This document shows, piece by piece, positions 1 to 12,785 of a stretch of DNA of 64,000 bases. The stretch spans positions 63,178,001 to 63,242,000 of the forward strand of contig NC_043006.1 in NCBI RefSeq assembly GCF_006345805.1. Reading direction: 5' to 3'. Each line of letters starts with the position of its first letter. The stretch's first letter is position 1. Made by a program: the position numbers and the translations under genes. The stretch is from Octopus sinensis (taxonomy: Eukaryota). The notes beneath the pieces were generated by a model, which was given only the letters and a program-made list of their open reading frames with translations, made no database searches and was not told the origin of the DNA.

Positions 1-138
1 ACCGATAGAATAAGTACTGGGCTTACAAAGAATAAGTACCGCGGTCGATTTGCTCGACTAAAGGCGGTGCTCCAGCATGGCCGCAGTCAAATGACTGAAA
101 CAAGTAAAAGAGTAAAAGAGTAAAAGAGTAAAAGAGTA
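1..138 (+). mobile_element. SINE family A, 3' half (window edge)
   Basis: Matches the 3' half of copies at 8193-8613 and 42343-42792; ends ggcggtgctccagcatggccgcagtcaaatgactgaaac plus (taaaagag)n tail. Confidence 0.9.
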
Positions 139-167
139 TATATTTATATTATATATATATATATTTT

Positions 168-208
<41 letters not shown>

Positions 209-216
209 TATATATA

Positions 217-263
<47 letters not shown>

Positions 264-351
264 TATATATGTATATATAAAAATATAAATATATATATAC
301 ATATATATGTATATATATACATATACACACACACGCATTTATATATATATA

Positions 352-408
<57 letters not shown>

Positions 409-789
409 GATACGCACTTTGTCGTATTGTTATCTGTTATATTTACATTGATGAAATGTGTGGTGTCGACGTTCTGTTAGGTAGGGTCAACAAGATTAGA
501 ACTTTATTAAGTGTAAGATTAGCGCTGGGCTTCTTTTGTTTACCGCTGTCCATTTTCCTTCAATGTTCGCTATATTATCTGTCTGTTGATTGTAGCCGCA
601 GACAAAACAACTCTCCGACTGTTGAAAGAAATGTGCCGGCGGTCAAGTGTTTAGTAGACAGAAACTCTTCAAAAATGTGTGAATCTTGATGAGCGCGTAC
701 GCTATGTTTGCGGTTGCGCACTTGTGTGTGTATATGTGTATACATGTGTGTGTATATATAAATACATATATATATATATATGTTTGTAT

Positions 790-864
<75 letters not shown>

Positions 865-1013
865 TGTTAGAGTATGTTTGTATGTCTACATATGTATATG
901 CACGCATGTATACACACACATACGCACACGCGCACGCGCACACACACGCACACATGCATATAGATATATGTGTATGTATATATATGTATATATGTATATG
1001 TATATATATATAT

Positions 1014-1046
<33 letters not shown>

Positions 1047-1063
1047 GTATATATGTATATGTA

Positions 1064-1108
<45 letters not shown>

Positions 1109-1111
1109 GTA

Positions 1112-1161
<50 letters not shown>
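139..1161. repeat. (TA)n/(TATG)n/(CA)n microsatellite tracts with an unclassified insert at ~406-720
   Basis: Seen directly; source of the YIYIY ORFs. Confidence 0.9.
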
Positions 1162-1168
<7 letters not shown>

Positions 1169-1178
1169 CTATTTGAAG

Positions 1179-1389
1179 ATGGTCATTTCATTTATTTATT
1201 TATTGCCAAATAAACAGACGTACTATTTTTGTTCTTCTCTCGTTTATTGCTGTTATTTAATTATTTTAACACCTGTTAAAATGAACAGTCGTTAAAATAA
1301 TAAAATACTAGTAATAATCGAGCAAAAGAAAAACAAGGAAATAGTGCGTGTGTTTATTTGGCAAAAATAATAATAAATAAAATGACCAT
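1179..1389. repeat. Imperfect fold-back (~90-bp arms) next to (TA)n
   Basis: atggtcattt...ttgccaaataaaca...attattttaac mirrored by gttaaaataat...tgtttatttggcaa...aaatgaccat. Confidence 0.8.
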
Positions 1390-1774
1390 ATATTTAGATC
1401 GAGATAGTGTATGAGTCTGTGTTTGTATATATGTATTTATTAACTATGTTTATAATTTTGCATGCATGTGTGTGTGCGTGTATATATATATAAGTAGTTA
1501 TGTATATAAATATACATGTATGTGTGTTCGTGTGTCTCTCTTCGTGTGTGTGTGTGTAATAGTCGAGACAGTGCATTGAACAAGAATGCGCAAGAAGACC
1601 TTGTGTTGGGTATGCCTAATCGATGAGTCTCTCTATACTCCAATGTGAACTTTGCCTTTCGTCTTAATGAAGTCAATAACATGAATGGCAGGCAATGGGA
1701 TATACTAAAACCTTTGTCGTAGGTGACCAATCACAGTGGCACCCAATATTAAAATAGTTAAATAAATACATAAA

Positions 1775-2400
1775 TAAATTATAATTCTTTCTAATTTTGG
1801 CAAGACCGGCACTTTTTAGGAAAGGGTTAATTCGATGATGTCGACCCCAGTTCTTGATTGGTACTAATCTTATCAACCCCAAAGGATTGAACTCAGAACG
1901 TATAAACTGGTAAACTGGCGCGTCCGCAACGCTAACGATTCTGCCAGCTCACCTCCTTTTCTTTATGCTATAGGCACGAGGCCTGAAATTTGATGGCAAA
2001 GGGACTAGTTGATTACATCAACCCCAGTGCTCAACTGGTACTTTTTTATCGACCCTGAAGTATGAAAGGCAAAATCGACCTCTGCAGAATTTCGACTCAG
2101 AACGTAAAGACGGACGAAATACCACTAAGCATTTTACCCGGCATGCTAACGATTCTGCCAGCTCGCTGCCTTATAACCATGATAATAATCCTTTCTACTT
2201 AAGTCACAAGTCCTGCAATTTTGTGGGTGGATTCTAGTTCATTACATCGACCCCTACGTTCAACTGTTACTTATTTTACCGAACACGAATGTTAAGCACG
2301 TGCAATTTGAACTCAGAACGTAAAGCCGCAAGAAATGCCGCTAAACATTTTGTCCGCCTTGCTAATAATCTTTTTTACTATAGTCACATAGCCAGATATT
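1775..2400 (-). mobile_element. Three tandem decayed copies of tRNA-derived SINE family B
   Basis: Repeated ...tcgaccccagt...gaactcagaacgta...ctaacgattctgccagctc motifs; same family as 54240-54472. Confidence 0.85.
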
Positions 2401-2489
2401 TTGGTGGTTAAGCATTTTCTCTGGTGTGCTATTGAGATTATATCTCTCTCTTCCTCTCTTTATTTGTATATATACACGTGCACATGTAT

Positions 2490-2552
<63 letters not shown>

Positions 2553-2555
2553 TTG

Positions 2556-2882
2556 GGACCCCCTTCGGTCATGACTGACCGTGGGTTTGCACCTAGAAAG
2601 TTACCCTCCCAGACACAAGTCTGGGCAAGATTGTTTATGGAAGACCAGCAGTCGCCCATGCATAACAGCGTGCCCTTTCCATGCCACCAGTGTTATCCAA
2701 GGGAAAGGCAAAGGGGCCGATACAGCTTGGCACCTGTGACGTCGCAACTCGTTTCTACAGCTGAGTTAACTAGAGCAACGTGAAATAAAGTGTCTTGCTC
2801 AAAAACACAACACACAGCCCAGTCCGGGATTCGAGCTCACGATCGTAAGCTCGACGCTCTAACCACTGAGCCATGCGCCTTC
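2556..2882 (-). mobile_element. tRNA-derived SINE family C
   Basis: Reverse complement of the 60349-60684 copy; A box tggctcagtgg and B-box-like gctcgaatcc. Confidence 0.9.
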
Positions 2883-2904
2883 ACTATATATATATATATA
2901 TATA

Positions 2905-3292
2905 TATATTTGTTTCTAATTTCAGCTCAGAGCTGCGGCCATGCTGATGCACCGCCGTTTTGTGCTACACTGTTATTGCGACGAACCTCGTCTAATATGT
3001 GGCACTTGGTGAAGAATGGAGTTTGATACAGCTACTCTCATTTGCACCTCTTGCCGTGAGGTAGGTTCATCTGGGACTCTTGACAGGAAGATGTCCAGCT
3101 TTGATTTAAAAACCGCTACATCTACTTTGTGCAAGTTCCTCAGACTCTTTGGGAGAATATTAAAAAGCTGTGGGCCCTTGAAACCCAGGCTGTTGCAGAA
3201 GCTGGTCCTGAAGCGTGATGGCATTGCTGGGATCTTCGGCACTATGCAGTGTCGTCCCGTTCTAGCATTGGTGTAGCTTACAATTCCAAAAT
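2905..3292 (-). mobile_element. CR1-group LINE, 5'-truncated 3' end (ORF2 C-terminus and 3' UTR)
   Basis: Minus ORF reads NSLGFKGPQLFNILPKSLRN...FKSKLDIFLSRVPDEP...SNSILHQ, typical of invertebrate CR1-type ORF2 termini. Confidence 0.8.
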
Positions 3293-3589
3293 TTAACTCA
3301 GCTGAAGAAACGAGTTGCGACGTCACAGGTGCCAAGCTGTATCGGCCCCTTTTGAATTTTTGAATTTTTGAATTTCTGATTTTTCGCTTCTTTTTATAAG
3401 TTTTGCTGGTCTCTACAGTTTTTGCAATTATGCAGTTTGTATATATTGGGAGATGCTTACCACCTTCATTTCTTTTGAAGCTACAGCCGATCATGGTGAA
3501 AGTTTCCCGCCTGGCACGTCCGAAACCGCCTGGATCAGAGGCAGTGATCTGGCCTTGGACGGTTGTTATGTCACAACAGTTCACATACA

Positions 3590-4260
3590 CGGTGTGCGCA
3601 AAAACAGACGTAAGTGGACGGTACAGAGGAGGCCGACGTACCTTGAAATTTTGGATGGAAAAGAATATAGGTCCAATGTCAGAAAATAAACTGATGAACC
3701 AAGTGAGAATGATTAGGAAGAATGGTCACTTAACTAGAGTAGAAATATATTGGATTAGTGAGAGTCTGAGAGGCCCTGCAGATGGGCCACAAAGGATGGT
3801 CCGAGTTGAAAACACAGAGGTAGTAGTTGAAAGTAGAGAGACGAGTAGACAGGAAGAACAGGGAAAGGGTGATGGGACTGCCAAGGATGAGGAACAGGAA
3901 AGTAATACAGTGAACCCTAATACTGTGGTGGGTGGACATGCAGGGGAAATGAACCAACTAGATAATGAATTGCTTGAAATTCAAAGATGACTCACCGACT
4001 TGATGAATGTTCCAGGAGAAAAAATTCCCATGAATATGAGAAGGGTAGCTAAGAGTATAACAAATAACGGAGGACATAACACAAACAAGGAATCTTCTCC
4101 GACTTATTGCGCTACCTGTTGAGGAGAAATTATAACTTAAGAGAACAAAAATGCTGGAGCCAAGGAACCATGGTGAAACCATAAAAAAAACATTAAAAAA
4201 GCCAATGAGTGAGTGTCGTGACACAAAAAATAGGTGACTAAGCAACTTCCAAAATCCTGT
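3590..4260 (+). mobile_element. R4/Dong-like non-LTR retrotransposon, decayed N-terminal ORF fragment
   Basis: SENKLMNQVRMIRKNGHLTRVEI resembles the EQRLxDQxRxIxKNxWL block; a KEPW motif follows; stops and frameshifts. Confidence 0.6.
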
Positions 4261-5177
4261 TCCAAACATGGGTATTTACTGGTTTAGGGTACATTTTGTA
4301 CATTTTACAGAATGATATTGTTTGTAAATGTTATTTTGTAAGATAGCTTTAATGTAAACGCTCGATGCGATAAAAACAATAGCCATGTAACTTTCTATTC
4401 ACAAGTAGTTGCCCTCGAAAAGAACACGTTAAATAATGACAATACATGAAGGAAAACATGGAGTGATCACGACTGGAATTTTTTTAATGACAAATCTGTT
4501 CCATTACAGTTGACATGGAACGACTCAAGAACAACAGAAGCAAATAAAATAGTAGCATACAAGTACACAGACAAAACACGCGGTATATAACAAATTGTGT
4601 GAGAAATCCTTCATAACATGAACAGTTTTCTACAAAGTACATATCTTTATATGATCCCTTTCACTGCATTCAGAAAGGTGATTGTATATCAGTTGTGGCA
4701 ATTGCAAATGGGACGTTTAAATACGTCTCATAACTATTTTAACAAGTGTGCTTGTATTAGGTCGATGTAATAAGTTCTATCGAAATGCTAGAAATAACAG
4801 TCTAATCTCCACTAAATCATACCCAATCCTCTCAGGAAAAGAATGGGTACACTGGACAGTGCAGACTACGTACCCGTAAAAGAGACAAGATGGTTATAGT
4901 CGCAATACCTTTGAACATAAACTGCTTCTTTCAAAATGAGATACAACTTTCATGTTCTTTTTAATACAACCGTTACCTCTTCGTAATTCTAAAGCTTTTC
5001 AGACTATTTCTTTACTACATTCTTACAGTCATTTAGTTGTGTGATTATGTTGAATAATATTTTTCATGAAGAGGATATCAGACTTATTATGTCATGTCTA
5101 CTGTTCTATAGAAATGCGAACTACCAGAGTATATTTATTGTTATAATTAATAAATATTCTACTGATTATTATTACAG

Positions 5178-5301
5178 AGGCACAAGTGGCATTGATATAG
5201 ATTTGGAAAAAGTAGACATCAACCAATGTCCTCAGACAGATGGTTCTAAAGAAACAAATGTTTTTGCCGGTTCTCATCGATGTCGAATGGAAACTACCAA
5301 G
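5178..5301 (+). CDS. GPR158-like: Internal coding exon of a GPR158/GPR179/CG31760-like class C orphan GPCR (extracellular Cache to Cys-rich junction)
   Basis: ttacag| acceptor at 5176-5177 and AAG|gtaaga donor at 5302. Encodes GTSGIDIDLEKVDINQCPQTDGSKETNVFAGSHRCRMETTK, matching the GTSGIDIDLxxVDIxQC...NxFAGxxxC...TT motif of this family. Phase 2 start, phase 0 end. Confidence 0.88.
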
Positions 5302-5385
5302 GTAAGAGAGTTTATGAATGATACTATCACATCCTACCCAAACACTTTCTATATACCCAATTCTCCTGCTTTCTCACTATCTCAC

Positions 5386-5436
<51 letters not shown>

Positions 5437-5453
5437 ACTTTTCTCAGAACCTT

Positions 5454-5495
<42 letters not shown>

Positions 5496-5668
5496 AATTG
5501 TCCAACGAACTATGAGTGACAGTTTTGTGATAATTTTTCAGCTTTAATATAAAGTACATTAGTTTGGTATTCGGGTAATATTTTTCCACCCTGTTATGCC
5601 TCAGTCTTAGGAATATAAAAAGACTTACTTATTCATATGTATATACACGTACGTATGTGTATATACAT

Positions 5669-5766
<98 letters not shown>

Positions 5767-6069
5767 TTATATGTATATATATGCATACGTGTGTATGTGT
5801 GTGTGCTGTCTTTTTTATTTCAGAATAATAAATTTTGACTGACCACGACTTGTTGGCAAGCTGTGAAGGAAAGCGTATTGTTTTGTTCATCATCCATTAA
5901 ATCTTAAGAAGGTCTCGCAGATTTTTAGAGCCCCTGATATTGTTATCATTTGTAGTGTATGAATTAAAGATTTGCGTTATCTACCCCCAAACCCAAGTTC
6001 AGCCATTCTTTGCTCCATATATGTGTGTATGTATATGTGTATATATATATATACACACACACAAATACA

Positions 6070-6115
<46 letters not shown>

Positions 6116-7578
6116 CGTCCTAGTCTCCATTTCCATTTCTTTTAAATGGATATTAACTATATATCTTTAAAATATACCTGTTATTTAAAGGAAATTCATT
6201 CCCCCGAAATACTGGGTATTGAACTAGCATTTCTACCCCTTCCTGAGGCTGATACATCCTCTAATTAAATATAAATTATAAATACATAACTTATAAAGTT
6301 TTATATTTTATATTATTCAATTTTTCTGCATTTATATACCCTCTTATACATTTGTATGGCTTTTATAGTTTGTAGATTGTTTGGCAACTTATACTTTCTT
6401 TTCATATAACTCACTGTTTAATGTAATGTTTTACTATTATATTTGTAATTACACATTATATTTTATAAATTGTTATATTTTATATTTGGTATTTTTATAC
6501 ATTTATATATCCTTTTATATACTTTCATAGTGTTTTTAATTTATAATTTTTTATGGGGTTGTTATATAATTCATTGTATATTTGTATATGTGAATTCTTA
6601 TTTTATTATATTTTTCAATCACGTAGTATATTCATTAAGTGTTTATATGCCTAAATTTGTTTAAATATGGTATCTGAATGTACTTCCTTACACATTTGAA
6701 ATATCTGTAATTTAATTACTCCATATATTGGATACCATTTCTTCAGAGATTTTATATTCATCCTCTCGTAATGAAGCAAATAGTTCTTATATTAGTTTAA
6801 CGTATACTCTAAATTTCTATTTATATGATAATTTAATTCCGTATTACATTCATTATAAATATTTTTACCATGATCTTTTATTCACTAAGTTTATGAAAAG
6901 TCTTAATATATTTTTCTCTTATATATTACACTATCCAATTATTAAGTTTTAGATTTAGCTTTTAACCTTCTTCTATATCTTGGTTTAAATATTTGGCTTT
7001 AATATTACAAATTGGCTAAGTTATAATACCTCCCATATTCTCTGATTTTAAATTCTACCCCTAAATTTATATTACGTCTTTCTTTTTTTTCATTGTCGTT
7101 GCCTGTAATATGATAATCAAAATAAGTATTAGCTCTTCTTATCCCTCTTTCTTCCAATTATCATATCTTCCCCATCAGGCATTCCCTTATTATTACGCCA
7201 CGCCCTAGTCTTTTGTGTAGACAAAGCTGGAAAAATGGTTCCAGTATATAGGGTTTAGTAGATCGTCTAACATTGATTGATTTAGAATACCGTTGACAAT
7301 TCCCAATAGATTTTATTCTAGACGGCTGCTACTCTCTAAATTATAGTAGACTTGACAAGATATGCAGTACTTTCTAAACTCATTCTGCCAGCGATATGAC
7401 AACAGAAACAATGTAAATATTTTGAGTTTCATTATGATGTGAATATGTTAGAGCAGTTTGTTTTTTCCATCTGGCGAGAACGGTTTCTTTCAAATGATGC
7501 AATGTTTTCATTAATCAATTAAAGGAGTCGCTTGAAACGACTATAACGAATTGACACACCTGTACACACCCACCCACC

Positions 7579-7664
<86 letters not shown>

Positions 7665-8192
7665 GTATGTAGTATGTATGTATGTATATATGTTTGTATG
7701 TGTGTATTTGTTTTGATGAAATATAATGGTCAATATCAGAGCCCGATTGATTTTTTTTTTTTGCTATTCTGATCGAATGTATATTTTATGTTTTTATTTA
7801 ACGGTGTCTTATTATCGGTGTATTACATTTTATTTGATTCATCTATTTCATTTAAGTTTCCTTTTCCTTTTATCTTTGCATACATTATTTTATTGTTCAT
7901 ATGACAAAGAATTCTTCATTATAGCTCTGTTCGTTATGGAGACGCATAGTACGCTAAACTTACTAAAATGTACTGTCTTAGAAATAAGCAAAACAGCAAG
8001 AGAAAAGTAGTAATTTTTGAAAAGTCACCCGAGGAGACGCACCTGCTTCTACAATGCATCATAACTGCTTGTACAGCATCTTTCATTCAAGGTACTGGTC
8101 GAAACGATTGTAGTGGTTCCGTTTTCTTTCCCCCATATGATATATATATATATATATATACATATATATGCATATATATACATATATATATA

Positions 8193-8355
8193 GGCGTAGG
8201 AGTGGCTGTGTGGTAAGTACCTTGCTTTCTAACCACATGGTTCCGGGTTCAGTCCCAATGCGTGGCACCATGGGCAAGTGTCTTCTTCTATAGCCTCGGG
8301 CCGACCAAAGCCTTGTGAGTGGATCTGGTAGAAGGAAACTGAAAGACGCCTGTCG

Positions 8356-8398
<43 letters not shown>

Positions 8399-8612
8399 TT
8401 GTGTGTCTGTGTTTGTACCCCCAACATCGCTTGACAACCGATGCTGGTGAGTTTACCTCCCCGTACCGTAGCGGTTCGGCAAAAGATACCGATAGAATAA
8501 GTACTAGGCTTACAAAGAATAAGTCCTGGGGTCGATTCGCTCGACTAAAGGCGTTGCTCCAGCATGGCCACAGTCAAATGACTGAAACAAGTTAGAGAGT
8601 AAAAGAGTAAAA

Positions 8613-8613
<1 letters not shown>
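8193..8613 (+). mobile_element. SINE family A, full length
   Basis: tRNA-like head (gtggctgtgtggtaag...ggttcagtccc), central (TA)n, conserved 3' tail. Confidence 0.92.
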
Positions 8614-8701
<88 letters not shown>

Positions 8702-8709
8702 ATATATGT

Positions 8710-8772
8710 CAATTGTTTTCGTTTCAGCACACGACCTCAGATCAAATCACTTGCTATGCAAGTACATCTCCG
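8710..8772 (+). mobile_element. 3' terminal fragment of the hammerhead-bearing element at 33741-34032
   Basis: caattgttttcgtttcagcacacgacctcagatc...caagtacatctcc is the reverse complement of 33743-33804; flanked by (TA)n. Confidence 0.75.
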
Positions 8773-8820
<48 letters not shown>

Positions 8821-8937
8821 CAATTAAGGACAACTACTTAATAAGGAAAACTTAACAAGAAATTGTCAGGTAGATAGCGTGAAAACCTCATAAGAGAAAA
8901 AATTTCGAAAATAATTATTCTTATTGAACATATTAAT

Positions 8938-9107
8938 TTATATATAGAGGGCATTATACATACATGCCAGATGGCATTATACATACATGCCACACGCTAA
9001 GAGGGACAATTAGTCATTTCTACCAAAATGGTAGAAATGACTAATTGTCCCTCTTAGCGTGTGGCATGTATGTATAATGCCATCTGGCATGTATGTATAA
9101 TGCCCTC

Positions 9108-9116
<9 letters not shown>
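8938..9116. repeat. Perfect hairpin, 88-bp arms, 3-nt loop
   Basis: 8938-9025 is the reverse complement of 9029-9116; part of an insert (8820-9116) between (TA)n tracts. Confidence 0.95.
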
Positions 9117-9177
<61 letters not shown>

Positions 9178-9737
9178 ATTGATGTGTGTGTCTGTATGCT
9201 TTATCTCTGTTTATAACCAAGAATTTAGATTCCTACCCCTTAATCTTATTCTTTGGCAGTTTTTACTCTCTATTATGATTTTGTAATGGCGTGCGTGTGT
9301 GCGCGCGCACACCTGTCCGAACGTGTGTTCCTGTTCGGGAATGCACACTCCTCCCATTAAGCTAAATGTAACCTATCTTTGACAGGTTCTATATAATTTT
9401 ATGCTATATATTTCATGGACAACTGTAGCTAGCCTCATTAGCCGGTTATATCCAAAATACAGCGAGCAAGAACAGCATTCCTAGAACTTAGTATATCTAG
9501 CATACCTGTTATCGGTATGCACAATACCATACCGATAACAGGCAGTTGCAGAATGGGTCGAAACGATCATCGCACTGAATCTATCTTCCTTTTCTTTCAT
9601 CAATTATTATCTCGACACAGCGGAATTCCTGACGTAGATCTAGGGGAAATCCCATATGTGACGACACCAGGTACCCCAAACTAGGAATATGCTTTACTCA
9701 ACACACTAGTTGGCATATACCCATTAGTTCAAAATAT

Positions 9738-9791
<54 letters not shown>

Positions 9792-10224
9792 ATACGTATA
9801 TGTACCTACATATATCTATACGTGTATATATATGTATGTGTGTGTGTGTGAGTGTGCATATGTGGGCACAGGACGTCACGAAAGGTGTACAACAAAAACG
9901 TACGAAGCATGAACTATTCTTTCGTACAACGAAAGACACAAATGGAAAACAAAGCAAGCAGCATAAAGAACAACCCTTCATCAGTTGCTGGCTGTTTTTC
10001 TAGTCTCGTATTTCGAGCATTTAACAACAATATGCGCTTTCGATAAAACAGACCAAAGCAAATTAAATAAAATTTGGGATTTTGCGGAGGGTCAAAATTG
10101 ATAACACAAACAGGGCAGTGAAAACAAACAGGAAGGGCTGCTGAGTCTGAACGAGTATGTGGTGGCGAACGCGTAAAACAAGCGAGGACAGGAGACAAAC
10201 AAGAACACGTCTTACTTGTCCAGC

Positions 10225-10640
10225 TACAACGGAGTGTCATTGGACGGCCACTCTTGAGCTTCAAGGACAATCTGAAGCAATGCAACATTCCCTTTTCTTG
10301 CTGTAAATACAAAATATCAGAACACAGGACCTGGTGCCGGTCCTGCTTCTCCTCAGTTCAAAAATTTGAACAAAGTAGGCTCCAACATCGGGACCAAGTT
10401 CATGCAAGTGTGAAGGCACGCTAGCAAAACGCTGCTCCTCTAAATGGAAACCTTACTTGTCATTGTCGTTTTATGGCACGAAGCAAAGCAGGCCTTGCTG
10501 TCCACTCAAGAAAACACATAGTAATGATTCACAAGCATTCGAGCACACTGAGTCCTCAAGTTGTTCTATTTTCCAAAAGATTTTTCAAAGTACCAGCAAG
10601 CCTGAAGAGACATATTCGTGTCCATAGAACATGATTAACG
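10225..10640 (+). mobile_element. RTE-clade LINE 3' fragment
   Basis: GRPLLSFKDNLKQCNIP...HRTW...FEQSR...C..CRFMARSKAGLAVHSRKH: RTE C-terminus with zinc-finger-like end. Confidence 0.75.
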
Positions 10641-10744
10641 TTTTATTTTACTGAACGTTCATTTGTCGTTGCCGAAAAGAGAATCTATCAAATATATATT
10701 AATATGTTTAGAGGTATATACATTAACACACATAGTCAGACTGA

Positions 10745-10773
10745 TAGACAAACAGACAGACTGACTGACTGAG

Positions 10774-10828
<55 letters not shown>

Positions 10829-10832
10829 CTGA
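10745..10832. repeat. (GATT)n/(GACT)n microsatellite
   Basis: Seen directly. Confidence 0.95.
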
Positions 10833-12509
10833 GCGAATCATTGCTTGATTGGCAGTGATTTAGGAAAAGATATATAGCTACACGTATTTAGTCGTTATTA
10901 GTGTAGTTCTACCGTACTACGAATGCAACATTTCCTTCTAATACTCATGTCTTTATGGTCTACTGTTGATTTTTGAACGTTTGTTAACCTAACATTTGCA
11001 TTGAAATTAGTTTAAATTCAGTGAATTAAACTGCAGACTGTCCATGACATAAATGGATAAGAAAGAGACTAAAATGATTTAAATATACACATAAAATTGG
11101 CTGAAATTAAAGTATTAAATCATGTGTTCTAGTATTTTATTACAGTTCATTAAAATTTCCATTAAATTGCTGTATTTGAAATAATTATATATCTATGATA
11201 TCAATTATCTCTCTTGCTTCTTTCTTTTTAAACACCAACTGGCTATAATACGTACATTTAAACACAAACACAAATTGATATTCACTTAAGTATATTTATT
11301 CTCTTCAAAATGGTTACCTGTATTTCCAATGAGGGCATAAAAAAATATAATGAAATCTCTTGCCAAAAATTCTCAAGCAATCACCATGTATTATAAACTT
11401 AGATTTCATTTTTGATATAGAAGCTACCTATCAATTTGTTGTAAATGGAGTCATAGGGTAAATTGAATTATTTGCACGGTTTATTCTTTGGACTTCCGAT
11501 AATTTCTATAGCCTGTATGTTGATATAGCATCCACACAACATCTGTTTTTCATTTCTAAAAGCCTGGTCAATTAATAAATATTGTTCGTTTAGAAAGTTT
11601 CTCACTTTATCTATTATATTTGCTTTCAACGTAATATAAAAGGTTGCAGAGATGAATAAAATTACTTCCATTGTCTATCCTAATAACGTTTCCTTGTCTT
11701 TAATTAATTCTCTCACTTCAATATTTATCGCTTTTAATGCCGTTCATAGTCCTTCAGTTTACTGATAACGTCTTTTAATTCAATATGGAAGATTATTGGC
11801 ATGAAAATGACATTATGTTTTAGAGACAATAAATGGTTTTGATAGACGTGTCAGCATTTCTACATAATTGATGGCAATATTCTGCACATATATATTATCT
11901 GAAATCTATTAAATCGATAAAGAATTGTAAAACGTCCGAGTCGAGCTGAAGAATACCGTTAAAATATGTGAGATGTTACGGTTAGTTCAATAACCGGAGG
12001 ATTTTGAAAGCACAAAGAAATACGGTACTGTAATAGTGCAAGGATGATTTCTTCTGAAATTACCAAACATTTTAGGCTCGTTAAGATAGAACAACCAGAG
12101 GTAGTGATCTGCAAAACCGAATCATTTGGGTAACCGTTCGTATTATTCTATTCAATACTGCTGTAATTCTATTATTCTATTCAATACATCTGTAATTCAA
12201 CATCAGTATTTCCAAAGTTTCTCTAACCTCACCTTTCTGTCTCACTACACTCTTGCTATCATTCCTGATATTGTTTTGATTAAAATTACACTTTCGTGAC
12301 ACCCCTAACTATTGACTGAGATAATCTAAGCTGTCACGTGAACGGTGTTAGAGGCCACTGTTCTGGTTACACTGTGTCTTTAAAAGAGACGGACTTGTGG
12401 CACTTAGAATCTGTTTAATTACAAAGCTAATTGTTGACCACTGTGATATTGAGCTAAATAATAAGATAACAAGCTTTTATAATCAATAAATAATTTTCAG
12501 AAAGAACAT

Positions 12510-12785
12510 TAGGCAAGTGTCTTCTACTATAACCTCGGGCTGACCAAAGCCTTGTGAGAAAGTTTGGCTGAGGAAGACTGAAAGCAGCTTGTCATATATA
12601 TTAATATGTATGTGTGTGTGTCTTTGGCGTACAGCTAAGTTACGTGACGCAAACACAACCAACACCGGTTGTCAAGTGGTAGTGGGGTACAAACACAGAC
12701 ATGTATGCGTGTGTGTGTGTGTGTGTGTGTGTGTTACGACGGGTTTCGTTCAGTTACTGTCTATCTAATCCACTCAAAGGCTTTA
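12510..12785. mobile_element. Two decayed SINE A fragments in opposite orientations
   Basis: ggcaagtgtcttctactata... (+) followed by gctaagttacg...aatccactcaaaggc (-). Confidence 0.7.

Noticed and set aside
406-720. Possible hammerhead cores (ttgatga on +, ttgaaga...taaac on -)
   Set aside because: Could not assemble GAAA, helix III and a cleavage site.
58-1295. Long ORFs rich in YI/CV/HT repeats (also 5633-5893, 33782-34578 and others)
   Set aside because: Translations of (TA)n, (TG)n and (CA)n microsatellites, not genes.
5041-5547. 168-aa ORF as a whole gene
   Set aside because: Only 5178-5301 is family-like and bounded by splice sites; the flanks are intronic read-through.
9870-10050. 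CTGATGA and GAAA motifs on the minus strand
   Set aside because: No convincing helix II or UH site; probably a PLE-like tail but not supportable.
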